Below, piece after piece: positions 11,879 through 23,255 of a DNA stretch of 64,000 nucleotides. Source of the DNA: Phoronis australis (Eukaryota > Animalia > Phoronida); contig NMRA01000022.1 in NCBI GenBank assembly GCA_002633005.1, positions 1,365,663 to 1,429,662 of the forward strand, in the 5' to 3' direction. The notes under the pieces are model-generated. The model made no database searches and had not been told where the DNA came from. It worked only from the letters and a program-made list of their open reading frames with translations. A program made the position numbers and the translations under genes. Positions within the stretch are counted from its first letter, which is position 1. Every line of letters starts with the position of its first letter.

Positions 11879-14859
11879 GNNNNNNNNNNNNNNNNNNNNN
11901 NNNNNNNNNNNNNNNNNNNNNNNNNNNNNNNNNNNNNNNNNNNNNNNNNNNNNNNNNNNNNNNNNNNNNNNNNNNNNNNNNNNNNNNNNNNNNNNNNNNN
12001 NNNNNNNNNNNNNNNNNNNNNNNNNNNNNNNNNNNNNNNNNNNNNNNNNNNNNNNNNNNNNNNNNNNNNNCACACACACACACATACTGCCACATTCTGA
12101 TGGCACATGAGTAGGCCCCCACTGAGTACTGTCGTTCTCTGGAAAAATCAGCGTTTCACGAAATTATGGCCGTGCAAATGTAAGCCCATGTGATATGAGG
12201 CGTCAGTGAAATATAGGCCGGTTGAAACAAAACTTTGACGATGTGTGCAGATGGACGTCCCTTTGTACAGGCGCATACTTTGCTCAAAGGCACACTTCGC
12301 GACATGGTTTCAGTGACACCTCATTTCCTGGACTATTGCACAGCTAAATTTTACTGCGAATGCGAATTTAACGGGGGGAACAGGTATTTCCCATTCAGTG
12401 ACTAACCGTTTCAAAAGCAGTGTTACTAGTGTTTTCAGTGGAAATGATACGGACTAAAACATCATTAACTGAACCAAATTCTAATAATGAATGAGAGAGG
12501 AGCAGAGAAAAGTTTGATTGCCTTAAAACCGCTGTAAAACCAAGGAAAATGTCAACCGAATTTTAATTGAAAAAACAAGTGCTTAGAACTAATTTACAAA
12601 CTAACGGGCTTAAATACGCACGTGTGCAGGCACGGTTGTAATCCCGCGGTTACTCAAAGTGAAAAGTAGGGATGGCGAATTTATCGGTCAAATTATTTTA
12701 TCAAAGCGGCTACAAACTCGCGCTCCATCAAAGAAGCAAACGTTTTGGTATAGACCATTTAGCGCAATGTAGTTGGTGTAAACTAGCTCCTAAGTTCAGC
12801 CCAAATTCCATACAGGCACCCAATCAAACCGGATTACATTCGGCACCAGACAATCCGGCGTATGAACCGTGTAGCCTTCGTGACGTTACCTAGCTGGAAC
12901 CGTCCGGAATGGTTCTTGCCGGGGCTCGGAGCGGCGTACGCCGTGACTTCTGAACCCTTAGCCAAAACAAACTCAGTTCTTTCCGTCGAACCTGTGGATT
13001 AGCCTTCCAAATTAACGTGAATGATAAGCAGATTGGTACTATAAATGGTTTAAATCCAGAAGTTGTTTTTTGTGATTGCAAGACGTGTTTAAACTGAGTT
13101 AAAGACTGCCTTAAACGCAATTCCAATATCAAAGCAGGTTCTGCAATTTCATAGGCTCTCAAACCAGTGATTCAAATACCGTTTTCATTTCAACCAAACG
13201 ATGACAGGTAACTCCAAGCGTTGCACCTTAATTTGCAAACACATGGTCGATAGTCTCTTGGGCCCAGGGGTTGTTTCTGTCGAGTTACGCGAGTCATGAA
13301 ATAAAGTTTTGTAGCTTTCGAGTAGAGTTTCGAGTAAATACATAATTCACCGGACGTTAAACATTATTCCTCGAGTGATATTTTCAACTTCAACTATTTT
13401 TGCAAATACATCAAGCCTTCTTATGTTTCTTATCTCATCTTCGATTGAGCACTGAGAGACACTTTGTATGCATATGAAGTAACTTGTTCATTGACTCAGC
13501 AATGTGCTTCATCATAATCCATACGTGTTAAAGTTCAAAGGCTTTAGTCAAACTTTAAAAAGAATCTTTGTCCTTTTATCAGCAAACTTTCCTCGCTATT
13601 TCTGTTTTTCACCATTTTTGATTAGTTATGAATCATTTATAAAAGTCAATATTTTAACAGTTTTCTCTGTTTTGAATTTTTAACAAACAGGTTTATTTTA
13701 ATCGACAAAATAAATGTTCACAAAAATAGGCTGTTAAAACCCACGGTTTTTTAGATGCATGATTCGATTAAAATTTCCGAGATTTTTATTAGTGAATGCC
13801 AGGCCGACAATCAGGTTAAGGGGAGAGGGATTTTTGAAACCGCATCAAAGATCATGACCATGTCGATGTATCACATAGATGTACATGTAAAAATCGATTT
13901 AATTCTTATTTCAAACTGTCTCGTTCGCCAGAATGGACGCTATCAACTCTCTGATTATTCAGGTATTCAGTGAGACTCAAAACTGTCTCTGCGAAGTATC
14001 TCATAATCAGAAAAAACTCCCGTTTGGTTTGAATTCCAGGCGACAACGGTTTCTAAATCGAGAATAGATCCAGGTAGTCGAAAGTTAATGAAGTTGAACG
14101 ATTTTAGTCAAAGCTTCAGAAATCTCTTTGATGTTTTGTTAGTAAATTTGTCTTTTTTGCCGTTTTTTATCACTTTTGATTGGGTTTGAATTGTTTGGAA
14201 TAAACAAGATTTTACGAGTTTTCAGTGTTGAATTTTTCAGCAAAGAGGTTCATTTTCGAAACACCAAAATAAACAATGTACTTTCACAAATGTTGGTGGT
14301 TATAAGATTACGGTTGTTCTTGGAATACCGATCAAATTCTCCGAGATTATTGTTAGAAAATGCAAGACCGACACGCGGGTTTGGGGATTTTTTGTACTCG
14401 GATGAAAGATCATAATTCATTTCTATGTAGCACATAAAAATAATCGATTTCAATTGACTTTAAATTTAAAATACCTGATTCCCCAAACTCGAGGCCAAGA
14501 ACTTTAAATTGGACGCTATCATCTTCAAATATCTGGACATTCAGCTCTGAAGTGATCCATTAAACTGTTTTATCGATTAATTTCATCATTAAAAAAACTC
14601 CTGTTTGGTTTCAACAACTGATGACGGCGGTTTCTAAATCGACAATAGATCCAGATAAAATGTTTAATTTTTAATAACCACACATATGTCAATTACAGCA
14701 GCTTGCTGTTAGCCATACGTGTGCATAGCATCAGCGAGAACCTTTTTGGCAAATTGATTGAGTTCCTCCAAAATAAACTGAACTCCTGTCATTCATTGAT
14801 ATCTACCGAATTGGTTGATTTTATGATTGTGTCTTTTTAATCTTAAATCTATTTGTGCG

Positions 14860-15309
14860 TGTTGATGCACTATTTTATTTTATAGTGCGTAAGGTTACGT
14901 CATACTACGCGTGTCAATTGGTTAAAGCTTCTTATATAACCGACGTTCCGCTCCTATCTGACCTTCTTGACATGAACCGCTATACTGGTAACGCGTACAA
15001 CGCTAACGATGTTTTTATAGAGCCTAGAGCCTATATCATTGTAAGTTTATACTATTTTTTCGCATATTACCGTAGAATTCACTGGCTGTTTCTCGTATTG
15101 TGTAAGACTGTTTAATTAGTCCATGCTGTATTACATGGAATATCTTTATGGTAATGTAACGGGAACGCTGTATTTCCCTAGACTTATTATTCGTTATATT
15201 TGTTTCAGTGAAACCGGCCTTGTCGGACAGTAAGCATAACGTCAACCTTGTTCAGAATAAACGTATCATATCCGACTACCCCGTGTGTTGAATGCCCATG
15301 GCTCCTACA
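14860..15309 (+). mobile_element. Solo LTR, BEL/Pao-like (450 bp)
   Basis: TGTT...TACA termini, TATATAA near 14933, AATAAA near 15256, near-perfect 5-bp TSD GTGCG (14855-14859) / GTGAG (15310-15314). Confidence 0.6.
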
Positions 15310-15854
15310 GTGAGAGTTGATAAAATTGTATACATGCAAAATATTAAGTATGAAAATGATTTATTTACATGCGTAATTATATGTCATTGTAATCTTACCA
15401 TGAGTTCTTATTAATTTTTGTATTAGTGTATAATAATTGTATATTAATTTTTTGTATTTATTTAACCCTGATACAATGCCTCTTGGAGCTTTCTGTGATT
15501 GTATATTTATTCTACTGAATATTTCACAATAAACACCAAAAAAGATTGCATTATCCCCATGAAAAACATTGTTGCAGTAACCCTATTTCGTGAACATCAA
15601 GTATGTAATTCCGTAAACAGGTAATAACTGAGTCTAATTAATAGGACTAGACTAGTATTGCAGCACGAAACTAAACCGCTCCAACGGTAACGAATTACCG
15701 AATCGGTCTGCCACTTCTCTTCTTACGTACCTTTATCAATTTTACGCAGAAAACATGCGTCAAATATCTATTCTCAAGCAAAATGACAGCTGAATTGGAT
15801 AATAATAACAGGCAAACCCATAACCATGGGTATGTCAAATTTATCACAGACGTA

Positions 15855-18800
15855 AATTCCTTTATTCAAAATAGGTAACTGTTTTGAAAGACACTTTTTG
15901 TTCACGGTTCCATTACTTGCCCAATTTTTTCTCTTTTGCCCTACTAAATCGGGGGATGAGTTGTATGTGACAGGGGGTCGAAATCGAGACCAAAATTAGG
16001 ACGTTGTAAAATGTCGTTTGTATGCCAAATTTTCCTGTTTGCGAAATCCACACTCCCCCAAGCACCATTAGCAACAGACTAAAATCGGAAATCGAAAATT
16101 AAAAACTCCCAAATGTTCATGGAGTATACGTAAGTGTTCATGACAGCTTAATTCTGAACATAAATGACCTGAACAGAAAATACAAGGTATTGTTTCAAAA
16201 ATGATGCCTAAGGAATTTTTGCGATACCCAGTGAAAACTTGTGCTCTGAGCAAACGTTACATGACTACAAATATTAGGTGCATTTTAAAAAAGAAACCAA
16301 TGTGAGGCTGTGACGCTATTTATTACAGTTTATGAGACAAAATTTGGGAATAACTTAATAAAAAGTCCTCCCTAACTAGTGTTCAATAATATCGACCGAT
16401 GCATTCTTCTACAACATTACATTTTTGCTGTAGCAGAAGTAATTTGTTATTTTACTTAAACATATATAATTTTTTGTGTGAAATCTTAAGCCTCGGGATT
16501 TTGACGAATATTTCAAGAGGTTTTGCCCATGTCATAAATCTGAGACTCGTGTATGATTTTCTATGTCTCTATCAGCAAGTTATCAGGTAATGACTATACG
16601 CAGTAATATGCATATTACGTTTCACGAAAACGGACGAATTTCGTATCGAATGAGCGTGGTTCTAACCGCATCGTCGTCATTCATTAGTGCTTTCTTCTTA
16701 ACGATGATACCCCACGGGACTCTCGCGGCCCAATGGCGAGACATACTTCAATGAACATCAAATCCTCTGTATTTTAACAACTGAACTTTTCAAAAGTACA
16801 TGTACATGTTTTCCTGAATTGTAATATTTCATGCATTTGCTGCTATTGTTTTGCCAACAATTACCGCAAGTGGGATAATGACTATTCAAGGCTACACGTG
16901 CACACGCTTTAAACCACCATCCACCAGATCTATCTTCTGCGCAATTTTTATTTTCATGTTCGTCATTATCATGGTCAATTGTCGAAAAATGAGCTCCGTT
17001 GAGTTGGTCCATCGAAGTTCCAGGATCTGAAACACTATTAGCAGATAAGTATAATTTGTATTTCTTTTTCTCATTGGCAGTTGAGAATGAACTATGTTCA
17101 CGTGTTACACTCTTGCCATTCCATTTGGTCATTATGTATTGAATTTTGTACTGAGCCTGCTGGGTTACATAGTGAATGTTGTCATTGCCGAGCCACATCT
17201 CTCCTCCGACGTCACCAAAACCATTCTTATAGTCATTCCAGTTCCTATTGAAATCGACGCTTCCGTTGATTCTTCGCTGGATAACCATCCACCCTTCATC
17301 GCAGACCACGGTAAAAGATTTGTGACTGTTAAATGGTCTGATGCGCAGAATGCCAGTATAGTGAATGCCTGAAAAATATGAACAGAAATACCACCCGCAT
17401 TTCACTTGTTTTTCTATCTGCTGGATAGTGCATGTATATGGGGCTGCTGCCGGGTTTCGAAATACAGTTCATGTATTACCAGGGTCACACTTACACAAAC
17501 ATTTTATTTTATAGCACAGAACCACATATTCTTTGGATTCTAAAAAACTCGTTTGCACAAAAGCAACATCAGGATGCGTGTATTTTTCATAAAATACGAT
17601 TTTCCAACTTTTTTACTTTTGATTTTTAGTTAAAAAAGACTGTCAATGTAGGAGTTTTCTCCAAAGACTTCTTACCGAAGAACGGCTTGNAATTCCTTTA
17701 TTCAAAATAGGTAACTGTTTTGAAAGACACTTTTTGTTCACGGTTCCATTACTTGCCCAATTTTTTCTCTTTTGCCCTACTAAATCGGGGGATGAGTTGT
17801 ATGTGACAGGGGGTCGAAATCGAGACCAAAATTAGGACGTAGTAAAATGTCGGTTGTATGCCAAATTTTCCTGTTTGCGAAATTCACACTCCCCCAAACA
17901 TCACTAGCAACAGACTAAAATCGGAAATCGAAAATTAAAAACTCCCAAATGTTCATGGAGTATACGTAAGTGTTCATGACAGCTTAATTCTGAACATAAA
18001 TGACCTGAACAGAAAATACAAGGTATTGTTCCAAAAATGATGCCTAAGGAATTATTGCGATACCCAGTGAAAACTTGTGCTCTGAGCAAACGTTACATCA
18101 CTACAAATATTAGGTGCATTTTAAAAAAGAAACCACTGTGAGGCTGTGACGCTATTTATTACAGTTTATGAGAAAAAATTTGGGAATAACTTAATAAAAA
18201 GTCCTCCCTAACTAGTGTTCAATAATATCGACCGATGCATTCTTCTACAACATTACATTTTTGCTGTAGCAGAAGTAATTTGTTATTTTACTTGTGTGAA
18301 ATCTTAAGCCTCGGGATTTTGACGAATATTTCAAGAGGTTTTGCCCATGTCATAAATCTGAGACTCGTGTATGATTTTCTATGTCTCTATCAGCAAGTTA
18401 TCAGGTAATGACTATACGCAGTAATATGCATGATATTACGTTTCACGAAAACGGACGAATTTCGTATCGAACGATGAGCGTGGTTCTAACCGCATCATCG
18501 TCATTCATTAATGCTTTCTTCTTAACGATGATACCCCACGGGACTCTCGCGGCCCAATGGCGAGGCATACTTCAATGAACATCAAATCCTCTGTATTTTA
18601 ACAACTGAACTTTTCAAAAGTACATGTACATGTTTTCCTGAATTGTAATATTTCATGCATTTGCTGCTATTGTTTTGCCAACAATTACCGCAAGTGGGAT
18701 AATGGCTATTCAAGGCTACACGTGCACACGCTTTAAACCACCATCCACCAGATCTATCTTCTGCGCAATTTTTGTTTTCATGTTCGTCATTATCATGGTC

Positions 18801-19513
18801 AATTGTCGAAAAATGAGCTCCGTTGAGTTGGTTCATCGAAGTTCCAGGATCTGAAACACTATTAGCAGATAAGTATAATTTGTATTTCTTTTTCTCATTG
18901 GCAGTTGAGAATGAACTATGTTCACGTGTTACACTCTTGCCATTCCATTTGGTCATTATGTATTGAATTTTGTACTGAGCCTGCTGGGTTACATAGTGAA
19001 TGTTGTCATTGCCGAGCCACATCTCTCCTCCGACGTCACCAAAACCATTCTTATAGTCATTCCAGTTCCTATTGAAATCGACGCTTCCGTCGATTCTTCG
19101 CTGGATAACCATCCACCCTTCATCGCAGACCACGGTAAAAGATTTGTGACTGTTAAATGGTCTGATGCGCAGAATGCCAGTATAGTGAATGCCTGAAAAA
19201 TATGAACAGAAATACCACCCGCATTTCACTTGTTTTTCTATCTGCTGGATAGTGCATGTATATGGGGCTGCTGCCGGGTTTCGAAATACAGTTCATGTAT
19301 TACCAGGGTCACACTTACACAAACATTTTATTTTATAGCACAGAACCACATATTCTTTGGATTCTACAAAACTCATTTGCACAAAAGCAACATCAGGATG
19401 CGTGTATTTTTCATAAAATACGATTTTCCAACTTTTTTACTTTTGATTTTTAGTTAAAAAAGACTGTCAATGTAGGAGTTTTCTCCAAAGACTTCTTACC
19501 GAAGAACGGCTTG
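15855..19513. repeat. ~1.83-kb near-identical tandem duplication (15855-17689 and 17691-19513) joined by a single N
   Basis: Both copies start aattcctttattcaaaatagg and end gaagaacggcttg. They differ by scattered SNPs, one ~18-bp indel and two 3-bp indels. Confidence 0.95.
16758..17368 (-). CDS. Duplicate copy of the FReD terminal exon (allelic copy or recent paralogous exon)
   Basis: Acceptor at 17370-17369; open frame to the stop at 16758. Same peptide as 18582-19192 except RRING vs RRIDG and SMDQL vs SMNQL. Confidence 0.6.
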
Positions 19514-22500
19514 TTGTGGGATATATTGTCTCAGTCAACAACAGATGCCGAGTACGATAATATATACCACTTACCAGTGGCGGATTTAGGGGGGGGCAAG
19601 GGGGCCATGCCTCCCTATAATTCTCCCAGATACCATTTGGCAGTTCGGGTGCAAATTGCTGACTAGCACATGGGCGCAACCAGGGGGGATCGGGTTGTGA
19701 ATAAACAGTGCATAGGCCCTGAACAAGCCGGTACGCAAACCCAAACCTTCGAGACCCCTGCATCCCTACATATTAGGCTGGGCGCGCGCATCTGCCGAAA
19801 TTGTGGTTATTCCTGTGCCCTCCTCCCCAACTCAAAATCCTGGATCTGCCCATGCTTACATCGACACGTCTTGTCGTCAGGGTGACGTTCATGCATGTGT
19901 TCTGTGTCAATAAATGCCACCAACATCCCCACATATTGCCTCCCGGGCGTCAAAATTTGACAGCGTTCACAGCATACATTGTAGCAACAGACAAATTGAC
20001 AATTTTAAGTAGGCGCAAAGGCCTGTGTCTGAAACAATGTTTTTTTCTTTAAATTAAAATGTTTGCTCAAGTGTTTTGCATACAGCTTCATGTGCCTAAT
20101 TGCTTGCAATCGCAGGTTGACGTTCTTGGTACAGGCGCATACCTTACTGCGTAAACAGGCACCTGCACTATTCTCGACAACAGCATATGGATTCTAGCCT
20201 ATGTAAAAATTTCTGCGCGACGATTATATACATATAAGATGTCCTGTTAAAACTCTCTTGTGGATGAAATTGATGGGAATAATAGGTATAACAGTTCAGA
20301 TAAGTGACTAAATGTTGCAAAATTGGCTTTAAATTAATGTTTCGTATATATTTTACAAGTAATGAACAAAAGTAATGCATTATTAATTGAACCGGGTTCG
20401 AAGAATGAAAACTGATAGGAGGGAACAAAAAAATGTTTGATTGACTTAAGGTTATTTAATTGTCCTTTCCTACAAAACCAAAAAATGGCAGCAGTTTTCA
20501 ATTGGCAACAAAATAAGTGATTGAATTAATTCACAAATTAAATCTGTTTTTGTTGATAAAGGAAGTTGTTACATCCGAAAATTTCAAATTTCAGTTGATC
20601 CATTCTTGTTGTTTTATTTACCGATTTATATTCTTCATTTCTTGAAACAATAGTATCCTTGGGAGGATCTGGATCGCCTTATTTAGTTTCAGATATATAT
20701 TTTCTACGCAAATTAAATACATATACTTGCAGTCCATTAGTGCCTAGTATGCGAGATGCGAGCTTTTTTGTCCGCAGCGTTCTTCATAACATTCCATGGG
20801 CGTTGGGTCAAATAGCTGAGAATATAAAAATGAGGTGCGTCTACACCTTGAGTTTCACTTTCAATCGTGGATTTACGCGGCTTGTTTGCGTAAAGCCACA
20901 TACACTTAATTCTTAATAGGAGAAGCTTGAAATATTGGCGCACTGGCTTAGATACGCACATATACGTTAGTAATCCTACGGTTGAACTAAACTGAAATTC
21001 TGTGGTGGTATTTTTTTCAGACAAATTATTTTATGAAACCGGATGCAAACTCAGATCGGTCCAAGAGGTAAACTTAAATGATCTGAACTAGATACTTTAT
21101 AAGAAGAGAAACGCCTTGCCTCAGGGACACTGCCAGTGGGTGAGACGGGCGTGCAAGGGGGTTGGAATGGGGATTTTAAATAGTGGGCCAACAAAAGTGA
21201 AAAAAAACGTCTTTTCTTTCCCAAATTTTCCTGTAAGCAAAATCAACGCTTCCGCAAACGTCCCTGGCACCAGGTGTATAGTTATCATCATAGACCATCT
21301 TTTTGGATCTTTCCTCCGTTCAACTTGCTACAACCTCGTTATGATCATCTTGAACTTTCTTGGCCTTTCCTCTGATTCTTGATTCATCAAAATACCAGAA
21401 ACTGTGGTAATCAGACAACCTTTCAACTGTGTTTCAACACAGCTGAAAGGCTAGACGACAGTTTTTGTTGTTATTCAAAGCCCATTATTGTCGCAACCTG
21501 CGCACATTTTCATCCGGACGACAGTATGAGTCGATGTTGATGGTTTATATTGTTACCTGGGCGACAGTGATCACGGGCGGATCCAGAATTTTGAGTTAGG
21601 GCACAGGAATAACCACAATTTGGGCAGATGCGAGCCCAGCCTAAAATGTGGGGATGCAGGGGTCTTTAATACTTGGGTTTGCGGACCTGTTGACTAAAAA
21701 AAGGCTAACGGGATTTGTTCAGGGCCTATGCATTGATTGTTCACCTCCCCTGCATGAGTCCCTCTGGATGCGCGCATGTGTGCTAGTCAGAAATTCGCAC
21801 CCGAACTCCCAAATGGTATCTGGTAAATTTTAGGGGGGTCCATGGCCCCCTTCCCCCCAAGTCCGCCACTGCAATGTCTGTCAAATGCAACAATATGTGT
21901 TACAGTATGGCTATAGAATAACAGCTCTTCCCAGAGTTTCATGGAATATTAGTGTTTAAGACAGCTAAGCTCTGAAATTAATGACATGAACAGAAATAGC
22001 AAGCTTTTTGCAACAATTAACTATCTCCTGTGGTTGTTTTGACGATCTCCCGTGAAAAATCGCGTTACTTCAAGCCCCAGGAGCCTTTTAATCAAAGATC
22101 GCAAGCATGATGTTAGGCACACCATGTCATGATCTGTTCATCAGAGCGAAGCATGCAGTTTACATTCCCAGTTAATACCCGTTTTCACAAAGCACTTTAC
22201 CGAATTTCTTCACGGTAAACGTTAACATTGCAACGTCGTCGCCAGTTAGTGTCGAAGAATACGAGTGAAAGCTAAGCCACATTTTAAACAAATATACAGT
22301 GTATAGAGATGGAGAAACACAACTTTCGTATTTTTCATCATAAACATCGTACGCAGGTTTGTCTTTCTGATAGTAGATACTGATACAGTACACCTCGCAT
22401 AACCCTTGACTTTTACTAGCATCTAATTCAAAGTTTGGAAATATGTAAAGTACATGTACACGTACTAAAAATTTCATTTTACTTCAAAATTTCTTGTTGG

Positions 22501-23062
22501 AGATAACACGATGGTTTTCAAAATGATTTGTGAGAAAAATATACGTACCGGCGTCAGCACAGTCTTGGAATATCTGCAAAAGAATGAAAACTTAAGGTAG
22601 ATTCGTGTAATATGACATGACATGCAGTTGCAACGGCGTCTTGCGTTCTCGTATACACGTGTGCAGGTACACATGTGTATGCACTTGCTCATACATGTAC
22701 AGTATGCAGGTGTAAACAAACGCGCACGCGCGCCACCACGGACACTCACACGTTTACATACACACCTTCCATCCTAGAATATTTTCTCCGGTTTTTGAAG
22801 AGGCCTCTTTCCAGTAACTACACGTGTAGCAGTTGCTTTCACCGGCTTCTTTGGTGAAGAGGAAGGTGACGCATCTCTTGTCTAAAGCGCACACGAGTGA
22901 ACATTCAGTGTACTCGTCAACTGCTAGGAACGTTGTGCTACCTTCACAGCCACTGGCACTTGTCGCTTCCGTGTCAAATTCTGTAAAAATTGCCGATCCC
23001 TGAGACAGGGATATGATTCGAAAAAGCAAAGAAAGTGATGAAACCCAAACGAGATTGACCAT
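18582..23062 (-). CDS. Secreted PAN/Apple + fibrinogen C-terminal domain protein (FReD, ficolin/angiopoietin-like), 310 aa, 3 exons
   Basis: Exons 23062-22766 (signal peptide MVNLVWVSSLSLLFRIISLSQG; Apple-like ECSLVCALDKRCVTFLF...C), 22573-22549 (IFQDCADA) and 19192-18582 (GWMVIQRRIDGSVDFNRNWNDYKNGFG, WLGNDNIH, FSTIDHDND, NCA...GGWWFKAC). Phases 0 and 1 match; total 933 nt = 310 aa + stop. Confidence 0.88.
19575..19854 (+). mobile_element. hAT-like MITE family A (inverted copy at 21572-21871, fragment at about 35392-35473)
   Basis: Ends CAGTGGCGGATTTAGG and CCTGGATCTGCCCATG; CTTAC on both sides. 21572-21871 is a reverse-complement homologue. Confidence 0.8.
21572..21871 (-). mobile_element. 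hAT-like MITE family A, inverted copy
   Basis: CACGGGCGGATCCAG...GTCCGCCACTG. Internal blocks (gggcacaggaataaccacaattt, cagggcctatgca, ccaaatggtatctgg) are reverse complements of 19575-19854. Confidence 0.8.
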
Positions 23063-23076
23063 TCTTCGTAGAATTT

Positions 23077-23255
23077 ACGGAACGTGTGAGCATTCAGTGA
23101 ACCAGTCAACTGTCGAGAACGTTTTGTTGCCTTCACAACCAGCTGCAGTCGTCGCTTCAGTGTAAAACTCCTTGTCTGAGTATTGCCGATCCTTGAGACA
23201 GTGACAGGACTGGGAAAAGCAAAGATAAGGCCGACAACCAATCGAGTATGGACAT
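23077..23255 (-). pseudogene. Frameshifted partial duplicate of FReD gene exon 1 (signal peptide + start of Apple domain)
   Basis: MSILDWLSALSLLFPVLSLSQGSAIL, then after a frameshift KEFYTEATTAAGCEGNKTFSTVDWFTECSHVP*. This aligns with MVNLVWVSSLSLLFRIISLSQGSAIFTEFDTEATSASGCEGSTTFLAVDEYTECSLVC of the intact exon immediately downstream. Confidence 0.85.

Noticed and set aside
11821-12122. ORFs spanning the first N gap
   Set aside because: They are open only because of the N run.
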